From Candidatus Poriferisocius sp. (GTDB lineage Bacteria; Actinomycetota; Acidimicrobiia; Acidimicrobiales; Bin134), in the NCBI GenBank assembly GCA_965221865.1, contig OZ244918.1:1702816-1766815 (forward strand): 64,000 nt of DNA, read 5' to 3'. Positions 19,644 through 32,134 of the stretch are shown here, piece after piece. The notes beneath the pieces were generated by a model, which did no database searches, was not told where the DNA came from, and worked only from the letters and a program-made list of their open reading frames with translations. Both the position numbers and the translations under genes were made by a program. Numbering within the stretch: the first letter of the stretch is position 1; every line of letters starts with the position of its first letter.

Positions 19644-19717
19644 GGCGGCGTAGCTCAGTCGGTAAGAGCGCTCGACTCATAATCGAGAGGTCGCCAGTTC
19701 AAGTCTGGCCGCCGCTA
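19644..19717 (+). tRNA. tRNA-Met (anticodon CAT; elongator type, Ile2 not excluded)
   Basis: Acceptor ggcggcg/cgccgct, anticodon arm ctcga-ctCATaa-tcgag, T-loop ttcaagt. Confidence 0.85.
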
Positions 19718-19876
19718 CTGCTTACGCTATTGCTTAAAAGCTTACTGTTTAACTAACTGCTGCTAACCGCTATAATTTGTACTATCCAACCTGCACGTTC
19801 CAAGCGACAATCAGATCAACACGCCGAATTAATAGAAGCTGCCCGGCGTGGTGATAGAGATGCTTTTAATGAGTTA

Positions 19877-20365
19877 GTGCGGGCTACCTATCGTGATGCT
19901 TATGCGTTAGCGTATCGACTTACTCGCAACGCTGCCGATGCTAGCGATGTGGTGCAAGATGCCTATGTACGTGCATACCGAGCTATTCGCCGGTTTAGGG
20001 GTGAATCTAGCTTTTCTACATGGATGTATCGGATTGTTAGCAACTGCGCGTCTACGCATTTAAGCCGGCGTTCGCGTTATCGTACCGATGAACTTAAAGA
20101 TGATGCTGCGGTCTTCGACATCAGCCCCGAGCAAGACCCAACTCTGCGTGCCGAGGCAGTGTTGTTGCATCAGCATTTAGACCATGCCATTCGGACTCTT
20201 CCTGAGCGGCTACGACAAGTAGTTGTATTACGACATTTGCATGATTTCAGCCACCGGGAGATTGCATCTCAGCTCGGTATTACGACAACGGCAGCAAAGG
20301 TGCGACTGCACCGGGCTCGGCAACGACTCCAAGAGCTGCTGCATCTAGCAACCGAGGTTGAATGA
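19877..20365 (+). CDS. ECF-type RNA polymerase sigma-70 factor (start probably further upstream)
   Basis: Region 2 (DVVQDAYVRAY..FRGES.FSTWMYRIV.N) and region 4 (L..RQVVVLRH....S..EIA..LGIT..A.KVRLHRAR). Confidence 0.85.
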   Translation: MRATYRDAYALAYRLTRNAADASDVVQDAYVRAYRAIRRFRGESSFSTWMYRIVSNCASTHLSRRSRYRTDELKDDAAVFDISPEQDPTLRAEAVLLHQHLDHAIRTLPERLRQVVVLRHLHDFSHREIASQLGITTTAAKVRLHRARQRLQELLHLATEVE

Positions 20366-20550
20366 GTTCTGAGGTGAATCGCATGGGTGCCCAACGTCGC
20401 CCAGAGGTGGCACACCCAACTTTAGTGTGGGAGGTCATGGGCCGTCTTGATGCATATGAGAGACGGCAACGTTTAACTAAGCGTTGGTTAGCTGGAGCGG
20501 GTTTAGCGGTTGTTACATGGGTAGCTCACAAAAAGTCCGTTTCGCATTAA
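20362..20550 (+). CDS. Putative anti-sigma factor (single TM)
   Basis: ATGA start/stop overlap with the sigma gene and one TM segment (WLAGAGLAVVTWVA). Assigned by position only. Confidence 0.4.
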   Translation: MSSEVNRMGAQRRPEVAHPTLVWEVMGRLDAYERRQRLTKRWLAGAGLAVVTWVAHKKSVSH

Positions 20551-20627
20551 CCGCAATTTTGTGTTTACATTATTTTTGTATTGTGGCTTGGGGGTTAACT
20601 CCTGTAGTCTAAAAGAACCCCTGACTT

Positions 20628-20700
20628 AGGGCAGTGGCTCAATTGGTAGAGCACCGGTCTCCAAAACCGGCGGTTGGGGGTTCGAGTCCCTCCTGCCCTG
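20628..20700 (+). tRNA. tRNA-Trp (anticodon CCA)
   Basis: Acceptor agggcag/ctgccct, anticodon arm ccggt-ctCCAaa-accgg. In the canonical position upstream of secE. Confidence 0.9.
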
Positions 20701-20743
20701 CGTAAGCAGTCCCTTTCCTAAGCGTTAGACGTACTAAAGTAAT

Positions 20744-21049
20744 ATGACAGACCTTAACCGACAACAAAAACGCATGGCCCAAAGACAAGGCTTTGTAGAC
20801 GACGAAGGCGAGCCAGTCCGCGAGCGTCGTCAAAATCGCGATCAGCCCCGTCCGGGCCAATCTCGTGTTGGGCCTGTGCAGTTTCTAAGAGAAGTAAGAG
20901 GGGAGTTACGCAAGGTTTCATGGCCACGTCGTGATGAGGTAGTCAACTATTCAATTGTCGTGCTAGTGGTGTTGGTGCTTTTGACAACAGCTATTGGTCT
21001 TTTGGACTGGGGCTTTAGTGAAGCCATATTGAAGTTGTTCGATCGATGA
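20744..21049 (+). CDS. secE: Preprotein translocase subunit SecE
   Basis: FLREVRGELRKVSWP.R.EV followed by a TM helix. Synteny with nusG. Confidence 0.9.
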   Translation: MTDLNRQQKRMAQRQGFVDDEGEPVRERRQNRDQPRPGQSRVGPVQFLREVRGELRKVSWPRRDEVVNYSIVVLVVLVLLTTAIGLLDWGFSEAILKLFDR

Positions 21050-21918
21050 GTACCGATACTCCAGTCAGCTCCGACCAAACCGTTGCTAGCGATGATGTTA
21101 GTGATATTGCCGAAGCCGAATCGCAACCCAAAGCTGCATCCGATCTTTTACCAACCGGCGACTTAGACCACGCAGATGAAAACGAAGCGCAGCTTGATGA
21201 TGGTTTAGCCGGTGCTTTAGAGCCTGCTGAGTTGCTGCCAACAGGCCCTGGTGTTTCTCAAACTCCAAATGAAACAGCCACCGATGAGTCGTTTGAGGTA
21301 ATCGGTGTAGAAGATTTGGTATATGAAAAACCACAAGAAGATGTTGAACCAACAATTAGCCCTTACGACATGCCCGGCAAGTGGTATGTGGTTCACACCC
21401 AATCTGGCTATGAAAATAAGGTGCAACAAAATATTGAATCGCGTCGCCGGACAATGGGTGCCGAAAACACCATTCACGACACTGTGATTCCTATGGAAGA
21501 TGTGGTTGAGTTCAAAGGTGGTAAGAAGGTCACCGCCAAGAAAAAGATGTTTCCCGGTTACCTATTGGTGCGTGCTGAACTTAACGATTCCTCTTGGGAT
21601 GTTATTCGCAACACGCCTGGTGTGACAGGGTTTGTCGGACAAGGACGTAGGGGAGCTAAACCAGTTCCTCTTAAACGCAAGGATGTGGAGAACTTCTTAC
21701 AAGTTAAAACCGACGGAGAGCAGGTTATCCGCCGCACCAAACCACGTTTACAGTATGAGGTTGGTGAAACCATCAGAGTTAAAGAAGGCCCATTCGCAGA
21801 CTTCTCTGGGGAAGTAGCCGAAATAAACGAAGACCAACTTAAGGTAAAAGTGCTAGTCAACATCTTTGGGAGAGAAACTCCAGTAGAACTTGAGTTCTCC
21901 CAAGTAGCGAAACTGTAG
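21046..21918 (+). CDS. nusG: Transcription termination/antitermination factor NusG
   Basis: KWYVVHT.SGYENKV, a KOW motif, and an acidic N-terminal extension. Confidence 0.95.
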   Translation: MSTDTPVSSDQTVASDDVSDIAEAESQPKAASDLLPTGDLDHADENEAQLDDGLAGALEPAELLPTGPGVSQTPNETATDESFEVIGVEDLVYEKPQEDVEPTISPYDMPGKWYVVHTQSGYENKVQQNIESRRRTMGAENTIHDTVIPMEDVVEFKGGKKVTAKKKMFPGYLLVRAELNDSSWDVIRNTPGVTGFVGQGRRGAKPVPLKRKDVENFLQVKTDGEQVIRRTKPRLQYEVGETIRVKEGPFADFSGEVAEINEDQLKVKVLVNIFGRETPVELEFSQVAKL

Positions 21919-21929
21919 AGGGAAGGCTG

Positions 21930-22355
21930 ATGGCTCCAAAAAAAGTTGCTGCAGTAGTAAAGATACAGATACCCGCAGGCCAAGCCACGCCTGCACCGCC
22001 AGTAGGAACTGCTCTTGGCCCGCATGGTGTTGCAATCATGGATTTTTGTAAGGCATACAACGCTAAGACCGAAGACAAACGCGGGCAGGTTGTACCTGTT
22101 GAGATCACAATTTACGAAGACCGCACATTCACATTCGTTACAAAAACTCCGCCTACGTCGTTTTTAATTCGACAAGCAGCTGGGTTAGAGAAAGGTTCTA
22201 CAGAGCCCGGGCGCACGCAGGCCGGCAGCATTACTGCTAGTCAATGCGCTGAGATAGCCCAAGTGAAGCTGCCCGATTTGAACACCGATGATTTAGAGCA
22301 AGCCACCTTGCAGGTTGCTGGAACAGCCCGCAGCATGGGCATTGCGGTGGATTAA
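21930..22355 (+). CDS. rplK: 50S ribosomal protein L11
   Basis: [27 protein letters not shown]. Confidence 0.97.
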   Translation: MAPKKVAAVVKIQIPAGQATPAPPVGTALGPHGVAIMDFCKAYNAKTEDKRGQVVPVEITIYEDRTFTFVTKTPPTSFLIRQAAGLEKGSTEPGRTQAGSITASQCAEIAQVKLPDLNTDDLEQATLQVAGTARSMGIAVD

Positions 22356-22368
22356 GGGAGATTAGCTG

Positions 22369-23070
22369 ATGGGCAACAAGGGTAAGCGTTACAGCGATTC
22401 GGTTAAGCGCTACGACAAAGAGCTGTCGCACACCACTAAAGAAGGCGTTGATTTAGTAAAGAGTTTAGGTTCCGCCAAATTTGATGAAACCTTAGAGTTA
22501 GCTGCACGACTAGGGGTAGACCCTCGTAAATCGGATCAAGCGTTGCGGGGTACCGTTAGCTTGCCTTCGGGTACTGGCGCTACTACGCGCATTGCCGTGT
22601 TTGCTCAGGGAGAAGCAGCGCAACAAGCCACTGAAGCTGGTGCTGACATAGTGGGCGCAGACGATCTAGTCGCAAAAGTAGAAGCGGGCGACATGGCCTT
22701 TGACGTGGCAATCGCAACCCCCGACATGATGGGGATGGTTAGCAAGCTAGGCAGGGTGCTAGGCCCGCGGGGTTTGATGCCTAACCCCAAAACAGGCACG
22801 GTTACAGACGATGTGGCTAAGGCAGTGACCGAGTTTAAAGGTGGCAGGGTGGAATACCGCACAGATAGGCAAGGCAATGTACATGTGCCAGTAGGTAAGC
22901 TCAGCTTTACCGCCGATGAACTGGTTGCAAATATTACAGCAGTTGTAGATGAGCTGAACCGGGCAAGACCTGCAGCTGTGAAAGGCCGTTACTTTCGTAA
23001 GCTAACCATTGCTTCCACTATGGGCCCAGGCATCAAGTTAGATTTAGCCGATTTGGGCGCAAACCGCTGA
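22369..23070 (+). CDS. rplA: 50S ribosomal protein L1
   Basis: [23 protein letters not shown], plus synteny. Confidence 0.97.
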   Translation: MGNKGKRYSDSVKRYDKELSHTTKEGVDLVKSLGSAKFDETLELAARLGVDPRKSDQALRGTVSLPSGTGATTRIAVFAQGEAAQQATEAGADIVGADDLVAKVEAGDMAFDVAIATPDMMGMVSKLGRVLGPRGLMPNPKTGTVTDDVAKAVTEFKGGRVEYRTDRQGNVHVPVGKLSFTADELVANITAVVDELNRARPAAVKGRYFRKLTIASTMGPGIKLDLADLGANR

Positions 23071-23182
23071 TCCGCTAAAATAGTGTTTTCAAAAACTGAA
23101 CTCTTGCCGTAGAACTCAGGTGCAGTGTCTTATACTGCTTAATCCTCACAGCCTGATGAGGTGAACTTTTCCAAGAAACCTT

Positions 23183-23213
23183 GGGGCGTTTGCTGTCAGC
23201 GGCGCCCCATTTT
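23183..23213 (+). terminator. Possible attenuator/terminator between rplKA and rplJL
   Basis: GC stem ggggcg...cgcccc followed by atttt. The loop is long, so this is only moderately convincing. Confidence 0.35.
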
Positions 23214-23290
23214 GCATGTTAGCGCCTATTTACGGGCCAAGATGTTGTGAGATGTGGAACGCATGAACGAATAAGGGAAACTAAATCAAA

Positions 23291-23863
23291 ATGGACAACC
23301 CACGCAGCGAGAAGGTAGCCATAGTTCAAGAAGTGCGTGAGCGCATTTCATCTGCTGAAGCTGTGGTAATAACCGACTATCGGGGTTTAGATGTGCCGGC
23401 ACTAGCCGATTTACGTGCCCGCCTGCGCCAAGCAGGTAGCGACTACAAGGTTTACAAGAACACGCTTATTGGTTTTGCGGCACGTGATTTAGACCTTGAC
23501 TTAGATGATGTGTTGGTTGGTCCAACGGCGCTTGCTTTTGTAGGTACCCATGATGATGGCACCCCGTCTGATGCAGTTTCTCTAGCTAAGGCTGTATGTG
23601 AGTTTGCAAACAGTTCTGATTTCTTGTCCATTAAGGGAGGAGTGTTAGACGGCCGCGTACTAACCGGCGCAGAGGTTACTGCTCTTTCCAAGTTAGGCAC
23701 CAGAACAGAGATTCTGGCAGAGTTACTCGGTCTGTTGGATGCTCCACTAGCAGAAATGGCAGGGCTATTAGAAGCACCACTAGTGGAGATGGCAGGTTTG
23801 TTGGATGCCCCGCTCCTAGAGACCGCCGGCCTGATAGAGGCTTTAGCTGCTGTAAAGCAATAA
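23291..23863 (+). CDS. rplJ: 50S ribosomal protein L10
   Basis: L10 N-terminal domain with a repeated C-terminal helix (GLLDAPLAEMA/GLLEAPLVEMA/GLLDAPLLETA). Confidence 0.95.
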   Translation: MDNPRSEKVAIVQEVRERISSAEAVVITDYRGLDVPALADLRARLRQAGSDYKVYKNTLIGFAARDLDLDLDDVLVGPTALAFVGTHDDGTPSDAVSLAKAVCEFANSSDFLSIKGGVLDGRVLTGAEVTALSKLGTRTEILAELLGLLDAPLAEMAGLLEAPLVEMAGLLDAPLLETAGLIEALAAVKQ

Positions 23864-23905
23864 GTAAGAACTAACCAATAACAACCAACCCATGAAGGAA
23901 AAACT

Positions 23906-24301
23906 ATGTCAAAGGTAGATGAAGTACTCGACTCCATCGGGTCTATGACCGTACTTGAGCTTGCGGAACTCAAAGAAGCTTTCAAAGAACGCTTCAATGT
24001 GGAAGCAGCCGCTCCAGTTGCGGCCATGCCACTGACGACTGCGGCTGTTAGCGGCGATAGCGATGCTGCTAGCGATGCTGGTGAAGAGCAATCTGAGTTT
24101 GATGTGATCTTGACTGGCGGCGGTGATAAGAAGATTCAGGTCATCAAAGAGGTGCGTACCCTTACCAACTTAGGTCTAAAAGATGCTAAAGATTTAGTAG
24201 ACAACGCTCCTAAGACGATACTTGAGAAAGCCTCTAAAGCCGATGCCGATAAGGCTAAAGAGCTTATTGAGGCTGCAGGCGGAAGCATAGAACTCAAGTA
24301 A
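23906..24301 (+). CDS. rplL: 50S ribosomal protein L7/L12
   Basis: FDVIL...G.KKI.VIK.VR..T.LGLK.AK.LV. Confidence 0.97.
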   Translation: MSKVDEVLDSIGSMTVLELAELKEAFKERFNVEAAAPVAAMPLTTAAVSGDSDAASDAGEEQSEFDVILTGGGDKKIQVIKEVRTLTNLGLKDAKDLVDNAPKTILEKASKADADKAKELIEAAGGSIELK

Positions 24302-24454
24302 CTCTAGAGAGTTGCGCCTAAATAATTAATTTCGCTGCTAGCGACAGCAAAATCTTGTTGAGTACGACTTTGCAAGTTTGACTACAGACGCGTATAATCA
24401 AAAGATACGCGCTTGCTTTTGTCTTTGGTCATGCCATTTTCTTTTGCACAACCG

Positions 24455-24486
24455 CGTTTGTGAGGTCATCAACCTCACAAACGTTT
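24455..24486 (+). promoter_or_regulatory. Perfect 11-bp hairpin in the rpoB leader
   Basis: cgtttgtgagg-tcatcaa-cctcacaaacg followed by ttt, about 30 nt upstream of the rpoB ATG. A second 7-bp hairpin at 24389-24411 is followed by a T-rich run. Confidence 0.35.
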
Positions 24487-24514
24487 AGGAATGTGCTCAG
24501 CATAGCAGCGTTGG

Positions 24515-27500
24515 ATGTCCACAACCATAATTGCTCAGGAGCGTATCTTGGCCCCCCGCTTGGCGACCCGCGACCGTTACTCTTTCGGAAACTTGGAGGA
24601 GGTATTACCCCTACCCGATCTTCTTGCGGTGCAAAAGGATTCTTTTGAGTGGTTTATACGCCACGGGCTATCCGACGCTTTTGCGGACATCAGCCCCATA
24701 AAAGATTTTTCTGAAAACCTGCAGCTGGAGTTGGAGTTTGATCCTGACGATGAAGACTTAAACCCAGGGCCGCGTTTTGGCACAACGGTGGAGGAATGCA
24801 AAGAGAAGGATATGACCTACTCGGCTCCTATTTTGGTGAGAGCCCGTTTCTCTAACCGCATTACTGGGGAGATCATCGAGCAAATCGTGTTTCTAGGCGA
24901 TTTCCCAGTAATGACCGAAAAAGGCACCTTCATCGTTAATGGAACTGAACGAGTAGTGGTGTCACAGTTAGTGCGTTCACCTGGTGTGATATTTCAGCCG
25001 GGAGAACGTTTTCGTTTGCGCAATTTGAGTAAACACCAGCTTGTCACTGGCACAATCCACCCGTATCGGGGGGAGTGGATTGAGTTTGATGTAGAACACA
25101 AACCGGGACGCAACCCAACGGCAGGAGCTCGGGTGGCCCGTAAACGGCGGATGAGCTTGTTTACCTTGTTGCGGGCATTGGGATATGACGAGCAAGGTGC
25201 TCCAGGCTTTTTAGATCGCTTTGTAGCCCATTTTGATTTTTTAGCTGATCAGTGGGAAACCGATAAGCACCAGCACAGCACCCGCGAGGAATCTTTGCTG
25301 GAAATCTACAAGCGGGCTCGCCCTGGTGAACCGCAGACCTTGGATGCAGCAGATAAGTATTTCACAAATGCTTTCTTTGAGAACCGACGTTACGACCTCT
25401 CACGCGTAGGTCGTTACAAGCTGGATCGCAAGCTGGGGCCAGAGCTGAATCGCATTGAAGAGCTTTTCGGCCTTGAGTTGGAGCGCCCAGAAAAAGATCA
25501 ACCAGTTTTGTCGCGCGCTGAGGTGCTAGCAACTTGCACCTATTTGCTTCATCTTATGAAGTTTGAGGCTGGCTATCGTCTAGACGATCAAGATCATTTT
25601 GCTAATCGCCGTATTCGCTCGGTGGGTGAGTTGATTCAAAACCAGGTGCGTGTGGGCTTATCACGTATGGAGCGAGTAGTGCGTGAGCGCATGACTACCC
25701 AAGATATGGAGGCCATCACCCCCACATCGCTAATTAACAGTCGGCCAGTATCGGCAGCCATCAAAGAGTTCTTTGGCACAAGCCAGCTTTCGCAGTTTAT
25801 GGACCAGGTCAACCCCTTATCGGGGTTAACGCATCGGCGGCGGTTATCGGCGCTTGGCCCTGGTGGTCTCTCCCGCGAGCGGGCTGGTTTTGAAGTGCGA
25901 GATGTACACTTTTCGCATTATGGACGCATGTGCCCTATTGAAACTCCTGAAGGCCCAAATATCGGTCTGATAGGCGCTTTAGCTTCTTATGGCCGCGTCA
26001 ACGAGTTTGGTTTCATAGAGTCGCCCTATCGCAAGGTTGTTGATGGGAAGGTTACTAACCAAATTATTTGGCTAGCCGCCGATGACGAGGAGGAGTATGT
26101 AGTGGCTCAGGCTAATGCTCCTTTAGATGCCGACAACAGGTTCGTAAACGATCGAGTGCTGGTGCGACGTTCCCCGCAGGCTGCAACCATGCAGGGTTTG
26201 CAAGCTCAGCTAGAACAAGAGGTTTTCTTCGGGGCTACTACCGAAATTTCATCGGTTCCTCCAGATGAAGTGCAGCTTATGGATGTGTCGCCAAAGCAGA
26301 TTGTTTCCGTGGCTACTGCGTTGATTCCCTTCTTAGAACATGACGATGCCAACCGTGCTCTTATGGGAGCCAACATGCAGCGCCAAGCGGTGCCGTTAGT
26401 GCGCCCAGAAGCCCCTTATGTGGGTACCGGAATCGAAGCTAAAGCAGCCCGTGATGCTGCAGACATTATCGTCGCTAAAGAAGCAGGCACCGTTACAGAT
26501 GTGGCCGGCGACTCGCTTACGGTGAACTACACAAATATGGGCAAAGTGAACTACAACCTCATGAAGTTTCAGCGCTCTAATCAAGACACCAGCATCAATC
26601 AGAAATCGTTAGTTCAGCCAGGTGATTCTTTTAGCCAAGGAACCATCTTGGCTGATGGGCCTTCCACCGAAAACGGTGAGCTTGCCTTAGGCAAAAACTT
26701 GTTGGTGGCCTTCATGGCATGGGAAGGGTACAACTTTGAAGATGCCATTATTTTGAGTGAAAGGTTGGTGCGCGACGACGTGCTCACCTCTATTCACATT
26801 CACGAACATGAGATTGATGCCCGAGACACCAAGCTAGGTGCCGAAGAGATAACCAGAGATATTCCGAACCTTTCTGAAGAGATCTTGGCTGACCTAGATA
26901 TTGAGGGCATTATTCGCCCAGGCGCAGAGGTTGGGCCTGGTGATGTGTTGGTAGGCAAAGTCACTCCTAAAGGTGAAACCGAACTAACCCCTGAAGAGCG
27001 TTTGCTGCGGGCCATCTTTGGTGAAAAAGCCCGTGAGGTGCGCGACACCAGCCTAAAAGTGCCCCATGGCGAGAGCGGCAAGGTGATTGATGTTAAGAAG
27101 TTCAATCGCTTCTATGGCGACGAGCTACCCCCAGGTGTGAACCAGCTTGTGCGTGTGTATGTAGCTCAAAAACGTAAAATATCTGTGGGCGACAAGCTAG
27201 CAGGACGTCACGGCAATAAAGGGGTGATCTCTAAGATCCTGCCAGTTGAGGATATGCCTCATTTAGCAGATGGCACACCAGTGGATATCATTTTGAATCC
27301 GTTAGGTGTACCTTCGCGCATGAACGTGGGGCAGGTTTTAGAAGCCCACTTGGGCTATGCTGCTCGCTGGGGTTGGGATGTTAATGGTTCGGTGGGGACA
27401 CAACCCGACCGGGGGGAGGGTCGTAAAACACGGCCCACAACACAAGCTTCTACCCTCGTAGCCACACCAGTGTTTGATGGGGCTAACTGGGATGAGACGG

Positions 27501-28132
27501 CTCGTGCTGGCAGTCATCCCACTATCCAACAACTGTTAGAGAACATCAAACCAGAAAGCACTGATGGAGAGCGACTAGTTGGGGCTGATGGCAAGGCTGT
27601 TTTGTATAACGGGCGTACCGGGGAGCGCTATGACAATCGCATCATGGTTGGTTACATGTACATCCTCAAGCTAGCTCACCTTGTGGATGATAAAATACAC
27701 GCTCGGTCTACTGGCCCTTACTCCATGATTACGCAGCAACCGCTAGGTGGTAAGGCTCAGTTTGGTGGGCAGCGTTTCGGAGAGATGGAAGTATGGGCGT
27801 TAGAAGCCTATGGGGCTGCGTATTGTTTGCAAGAGTTGCTCACAGTTAAGTCTGACGATGTAGTGGGCAGAGTTAGGGTGTATGAAGCCATTGTCAAGGG
27901 TGACAACATTCCTGAAGCGGGTATCCCTGAGAGCTTTAAAGTGCTCATAAAAGAGATGCAAGCCTTATGTTTGAACGTGGAAGTGCGTGACACAGCAGGT
28001 GCTCAAGTTGAGATAACCGAGTTAGACGATGATGCTTTCCGAACTTCTGAAGAGTTAGGTATTGATATTTCTCGCCCCGAGAGGGGAACCGATGATGACG
28101 ATGATCGCCGTATGGTGGGAAGGACTTTCTAA
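24515..28132 (+). CDS. rpoB: DNA-directed RNA polymerase subunit beta
   Basis: 1205 aa with full-length RpoB motifs (e.g. [17 protein letters not shown]). Confidence 0.99.
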   Translation: MSTTIIAQERILAPRLATRDRYSFGNLEEVLPLPDLLAVQKDSFEWFIRHGLSDAFADISPIKDFSENLQLELEFDPDDEDLNPGPRFGTTVEECKEKDMTYSAPILVRARFSNRITGEIIEQIVFLGDFPVMTEKGTFIVNGTERVVVSQLVRSPGVIFQPGERFRLRNLSKHQLVTGTIHPYRGEWIEFDVEHKPGRNPTAGARVARKRRMSLFTLLRALGYDEQGAPGFLDRFVAHFDFLADQWETDKHQHSTREESLLEIYKRARPGEPQTLDAADKYFTNAFFENRRYDLSRVGRYKLDRKLGPELNRIEELFGLELERPEKDQPVLSRAEVLATCTYLLHLMKFEAGYRLDDQDHFANRRIRSVGELIQNQVRVGLSRMERVVRERMTTQDMEAITPTSLINSRPVSAAIKEFFGTSQLSQFMDQVNPLSGLTHRRRLSALGPGGLSRERAGFEVRDVHFSHYGRMCPIETPEGPNIGLIGALASYGRVNEFGFIESPYRKVVDGKVTNQIIWLAADDEEEYVVAQANAPLDADNRFVNDRVLVRRSPQAATMQGLQAQLEQEVFFGATTEISSVPPDEVQLMDVSPKQIVSVATALIPFLEHDDANRALMGANMQRQAVPLVRPEAPYVGTGIEAKAARDAADIIVAKEAGTVTDVAGDSLTVNYTNMGKVNYNLMKFQRSNQDTSINQKSLVQPGDSFSQGTILADGPSTENGELALGKNLLVAFMAWEGYNFEDAIILSERLVRDDVLTSIHIHEHEIDARDTKLGAEEITRDIPNLSEEILADLDIEGIIRPGAEVGPGDVLVGKVTPKGETELTPEERLLRAIFGEKAREVRDTSLKVPHGESGKVIDVKKFNRFYGDELPPGVNQLVRVYVAQKRKISVGDKLAGRHGNKGVISKILPVEDMPHLADGTPVDIILNPLGVPSRMNVGQVLEAHLGYAARWGWDVNGSVGTQPDRGEGRKTRPTTQASTLVATPVFDGANWDETARAGSHPTIQQLLENIKPESTDGERLVGADGKAVLYNGRTGERYDNRIMVGYMYILKLAHLVDDKIHARSTGPYSMITQQPLGGKAQFGGQRFGEMEVWALEAYGAAYCLQELLTVKSDDVVGRVRVYEAIVKGDNIPEAGIPESFKVLIKEMQALCLNVEVRDTAGAQVEITELDDDAFRTSEELGIDISRPERGTDDDDDRRMVGRTF

Positions 28133-31100
28133 ATGCTAGATGTCAACGCTTTTAATCAGCTTTCCATCGGGCTTGCCACTGCCGATGCCATTAGAACTTG
28201 GTCAAATGGTGAGGTAAAGAAACCTGAGACCATCAACTATCGTACGCTTCGTCCTGAAAAAGACGGCTTGTTTTGCGAGAAGATTTTTGGGCCCACTAAG
28301 GATTGGGAGTGCTACTGCGGCAAGTACAAGCGTATCCGCTTCAAAGGTATCATCTGCGAACGCTGTGGCGTAGAAGTTACCCGCTCCAAAGTACGCCGTG
28401 ACCGTATGGGCCATATTGAGCTAGCCGCTCCAGCAGTACACATCTGGTATTTGCGGGGGACTAGATCGTGGTTGGCGTATCTTTTGATGGGCACAGAGCC
28501 TAAAGAAGAGTTGAAGGCTAAGCAGCTTGAAAAGGTTATCTACTTTGCTGCCTATTTGGTTATAGAAGTAGACGAAGAAGAGCGCCATAAGCATTTGCCA
28601 ACTCTAGAGAAAGAGATGCATGAAGAGGTGCAAGCCATTCGCGATGAGCTTGAGGTGAATAAAAATGAGCGTTTAGCTGAACTAGAAGCGGAGTTAGAAG
28701 AGGTTGAAGCAACCGGTTCTAGAGACATAGATCGTCGTCAAAAAGCTGCTGAAAAAGACATCGCTGTTTTTACTGAAGAAGCCGAAGAAGAAATAGAGAT
28801 GGTAGAGCGCGCTTTTGAGGAGTTCTCCAAACTGCACCGGCGCATGATCGTTGAAGATGAAGAGCTGTGGCGGGAAATGCAAGATCGCTATGGTCAAATG
28901 TTTAGTGGCGGTATGGGGGCATCGGTTATTGCTACTTTGATTGACAGTGTGGATTTAGATGAAGAAGAACGCAAACTACGCGAACTACTCGATCCCTCTG
29001 ATGGCAAAAAAGGGCTTTCGCAGCAACGTGAGCAAAAAGCCATCAAGCGTTTGAAAATTGTTTCAGCCTTCAATCGCCGCGATAAGCATGGGCGGCGCAT
29101 CAACGATCCACGAGCAATGATTTTAGATGCCGTGCCGGTTATACCACCTGAGTTGCGCCCGATGGTGCAGCTAGACGGGGGGCGTTTTGCTACTTCTGAT
29201 CTGAACGACTTGTATCGGCGCGTTATTAACCGCAACAACCGTTTGAAGCGTTTGCTGGACTTAGATGCGCCTGAGATTATCGTTAACAACGAAAAGCGGA
29301 TGCTGCAAGAAGCGGTGGACGCGTTGTTTGATAACGGTCGTAGGGGTCGTCCGGTAACTGGGCCTGGTAATCGGCCTTTGAAGTCGCTATCAGACATGTT
29401 GAAAGGCAAGCAGGGACGCTTTCGCCAGAACTTGTTAGGCAAGCGGGTGGACTACTCGGGTCGGTCGGTAATTGTGGCCGGGCCTACTCTTAAGTTGCAT
29501 CAGTGTGGGTTACCCAAGTTGATGGCGCTGGAGTTGTTCAAGCCTTTTGTGATGAAGAAGCTAGTAAACGAAGACCTAGCTCAAAACATCAAGTCTGCTA
29601 AGCGGATGGTGGAACGGCGACGCCCACAGGTGTGGGATGTATTAGATGAGGTCATTCAAGAGCATCCAGTGCTGTTGAACAGGGCTCCAACTTTGCACCG
29701 TTTAGGTATTCAAGCATTCGAACCAGTGTTGGTAGAAGGCAAAGCCATCCAGATTCACCCCTTAGTTTGTACCGCTTTTAACGCAGACTTTGATGGCGAT
29801 CAGATGGCTGTTCATTTGCCTTTGTCAGCTCACGCCCAAGCCGAGGCTAGGGTGCTTATGTTGTCGGCCAATAATGTGTTGAGCCCCGCACATGGTCGCC
29901 CGTTAGTTACCCCTAGCCAAGATATGATCATTGGCGCATACTATTTGACCGAAGAGGTAGAAGGCGCTCTAGGTGAAGGGCGAGTTTTCCGTCGCCAAGA
30001 TCAAATTGAGCGAGCCTATGAAGCTAAAGAAGTTGACCTGCATGCGCGCATTCAATACCGCATTCCTGAGTTGCTTGCTACCCCTCCAAACGGTAAAGCA
30101 GCCGAGTATCACCCCACCACTGTGGGCAGAGTGCTGCTAAACAGCACGCTTCCCGAAGACTTCCCTTATGTAAATCGGCTGGCCACCAAACGCGATATAA
30201 CCGTCATCGTAGATCAGCTAGCACAGAACTACAGCAAAGAAGTTGTAGCGCGTAGTTTGGACGAGTTGAAGAACCTTACTTTCAAGTTCGCTAGTCTTTC
30301 TGGACTAACCGTTTCTGTAGATGATGTCAAGGTGCCCGGCGATAAACAAGCAATCTTGGATCGCTACGAAAAAGAAGCTCAGAAAGTAGAAAACCAGTTC
30401 CGCAGAGGCATCATCACAGATGGGGAGCGTCGCCAAAAAGAGGTGGAGATTTGGACCGAGGCCACCGAAATGGTGCGCCAGCGCATGGAAGTTGTGCTCA
30501 AATCCGAGCAGTTTAACCCTATTGACATGATGGTGGATTCTGGGGCTAGAGGCAACATGATGCAGGTACGTCAAATCGCTGGGATGCGTGGCTTGGTGGC
30601 TAACCCCCGTGGTGACATGATTCCGCGTCCTATAAAAAGCAACTTCCGTGAGGGACTAGCGATGTTGGAGTACTTCATCGCTACCCCAGGGGCTCGTAAG
30701 GGTTTGGTTGATACTGCTTTGCGAACAGCGGACTCTGGCTATCTCACGAGGCGTTTGGTGGACGTAGCCCAAGAGGTGATCATCAACGACAGAGACCCCT
30801 TTGCAAGCGGTGGCCCAGTGCGAGGCATTTGGATTGAAGATGTAACGCCCGATGAGGCAGGTAAACGCACCTATCTTGAAACCAGATTGTTTAGCCGAAC
30901 CTTGGCCGAGGACGTAACCCTCAGCGACAAAACGGTGCTGGCAAAGGGCAGTGTGGTAGGCGATAACGAGATGGTTATGTTGCGTGACGATCCGCAAATA
31001 AACCGAGTTAGGGTGCTATCACCTCTCACCGATGATTCTGAGGTAGGTATCAGCAGGGCTTCTTACGGCATATCTTTGGCTACTGGTCAAGATATTGAGG

Positions 31101-32059
31101 TAGGCGAGGCTGTGGGCGTGATTGCTGCTCAGTCCATCGGTGAACCTGGCACGCAGTTAACCATGCGCACTTTTCACACTGGTGGTGTGGCAGGCAAAGA
31201 CATTGCTGGTGGTTTACCTCGGGTTGTGGAGTTATTTGAAGCCCGCACGCCTAAAGGCAAAGCCGAGTTAACCCGTATATCTGGTGTGGTACGTATTGAA
31301 GAAGAGGACGGTAAAGCTAGTCGCTTGTTAGTAGTAGGCGATGATGGTTCTGAGTGGTCAGTGCTAGTAGATCCAGCGTGGAGGTTGGCTGTAAGCGAAG
31401 GCCAAGAGGTTTCCGCAGGCGATCCAGTAGCTCAAGCTGACGGCCCGTTAGACCCTAAAGAATTGTTGGAGATTCGCGGTGTACGTGAAACTCAGCAGTA
31501 TCTTGTGGATGAGGTGCAGCGGGTGTATCGCGACCAAGGTGTGTCTATCCACGATAAGCACATTGAGTTGATAGTGCGTCAGATGACTCGTCGTGTTGCC
31601 ATTCAAGAGCCAGGAGATTCCAATTTCTTGCCTGGAGAGCGCGTAGATTCTCAGACTTTTACCAACGTTAATCGGGCCTTAGCTAAAGAAGGTAAACGCC
31701 CTGCAGAGGGACGTCCCGAGTTAATGGGTATAACCAAGGCTTCGTTGGCTACAGATTCGTGGCTGTCGGCAGCATCATTTCAAGAAACAACTCGGGTACT
31801 AACCGAAGCTGCTATTGAGTCGCGCCAAGATGGGCTGATTGGCCTCAAAGAAAACATTATTATCGGTAAGCTCATTCCTGCTGGTACAGGAATGGAGATA
31901 TACCGTGACATTGCTACGCATGCGCCTGATTACACTCCGATGGAGTTCTATACATCAAGCGATGATGATTTGAATCTACCGCAGTATTTTGCCGATATGG
32001 TTTCAGCTTCTAGCACTGAGGGTGCTGATGTGTTGCCGATTGGTTCAATAGCCACGTAG
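28133..32059 (+). CDS. rpoC: DNA-directed RNA polymerase subunit beta'
   Basis: 1308 aa with the NADFDGDQM catalytic motif and a zinc-binding N-terminus. The ATG abuts the rpoB stop. Confidence 0.99.
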   Translation: MLDVNAFNQLSIGLATADAIRTWSNGEVKKPETINYRTLRPEKDGLFCEKIFGPTKDWECYCGKYKRIRFKGIICERCGVEVTRSKVRRDRMGHIELAAPAVHIWYLRGTRSWLAYLLMGTEPKEELKAKQLEKVIYFAAYLVIEVDEEERHKHLPTLEKEMHEEVQAIRDELEVNKNERLAELEAELEEVEATGSRDIDRRQKAAEKDIAVFTEEAEEEIEMVERAFEEFSKLHRRMIVEDEELWREMQDRYGQMFSGGMGASVIATLIDSVDLDEEERKLRELLDPSDGKKGLSQQREQKAIKRLKIVSAFNRRDKHGRRINDPRAMILDAVPVIPPELRPMVQLDGGRFATSDLNDLYRRVINRNNRLKRLLDLDAPEIIVNNEKRMLQEAVDALFDNGRRGRPVTGPGNRPLKSLSDMLKGKQGRFRQNLLGKRVDYSGRSVIVAGPTLKLHQCGLPKLMALELFKPFVMKKLVNEDLAQNIKSAKRMVERRRPQVWDVLDEVIQEHPVLLNRAPTLHRLGIQAFEPVLVEGKAIQIHPLVCTAFNADFDGDQMAVHLPLSAHAQAEARVLMLSANNVLSPAHGRPLVTPSQDMIIGAYYLTEEVEGALGEGRVFRRQDQIERAYEAKEVDLHARIQYRIPELLATPPNGKAAEYHPTTVGRVLLNSTLPEDFPYVNRLATKRDITVIVDQLAQNYSKEVVARSLDELKNLTFKFASLSGLTVSVDDVKVPGDKQAILDRYEKEAQKVENQFRRGIITDGERRQKEVEIWTEATEMVRQRMEVVLKSEQFNPIDMMVDSGARGNMMQVRQIAGMRGLVANPRGDMIPRPIKSNFREGLAMLEYFIATPGARKGLVDTALRTADSGYLTRRLVDVAQEVIINDRDPFASGGPVRGIWIEDVTPDEAGKRTYLETRLFSRTLAEDVTLSDKTVLAKGSVVGDNEMVMLRDDPQINRVRVLSPLTDDSEVGISRASYGISLATGQDIEVGEAVGVIAAQSIGEPGTQLTMRTFHTGGVAGKDIAGGLPRVVELFEARTPKGKAELTRISGVVRIEEEDGKASRLLVVGDDGSEWSVLVDPAWRLAVSEGQEVSAGDPVAQADGPLDPKELLEIRGVRETQQYLVDEVQRVYRDQGVSIHDKHIELIVRQMTRRVAIQEPGDSNFLPGERVDSQTFTNVNRALAKEGKRPAEGRPELMGITKASLATDSWLSAASFQETTRVLTEAAIESRQDGLIGLKENIIIGKLIPAGTGMEIYRDIATHAPDYTPMEFYTSSDDDLNLPQYFADMVSASSTEGADVLPIGSIAT

Positions 32060-32134
32060 ACTTACCTACAGGGCATGGCTAATGTCGCGCCCTAATCTTG
32101 TTCTATTTTGTTTTGATCAGCTTTAGGAAGTGCT

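Noticed and set aside
19556-19756. 66-aa + strand ORF
   Set aside because: It overlaps tRNA-Thr and tRNA-Met almost completely, so it is spurious.
21558-24091. Antisense ORFs within nusG/rplK/rplA/rplJ/rplL (e.g. 21558-22025, 22605-22877, 23452-24027)
   Set aside because: They lie opposite highly conserved ribosomal and NusG genes, with low-complexity Ser/Ala/Pro content typical of antisense frames.
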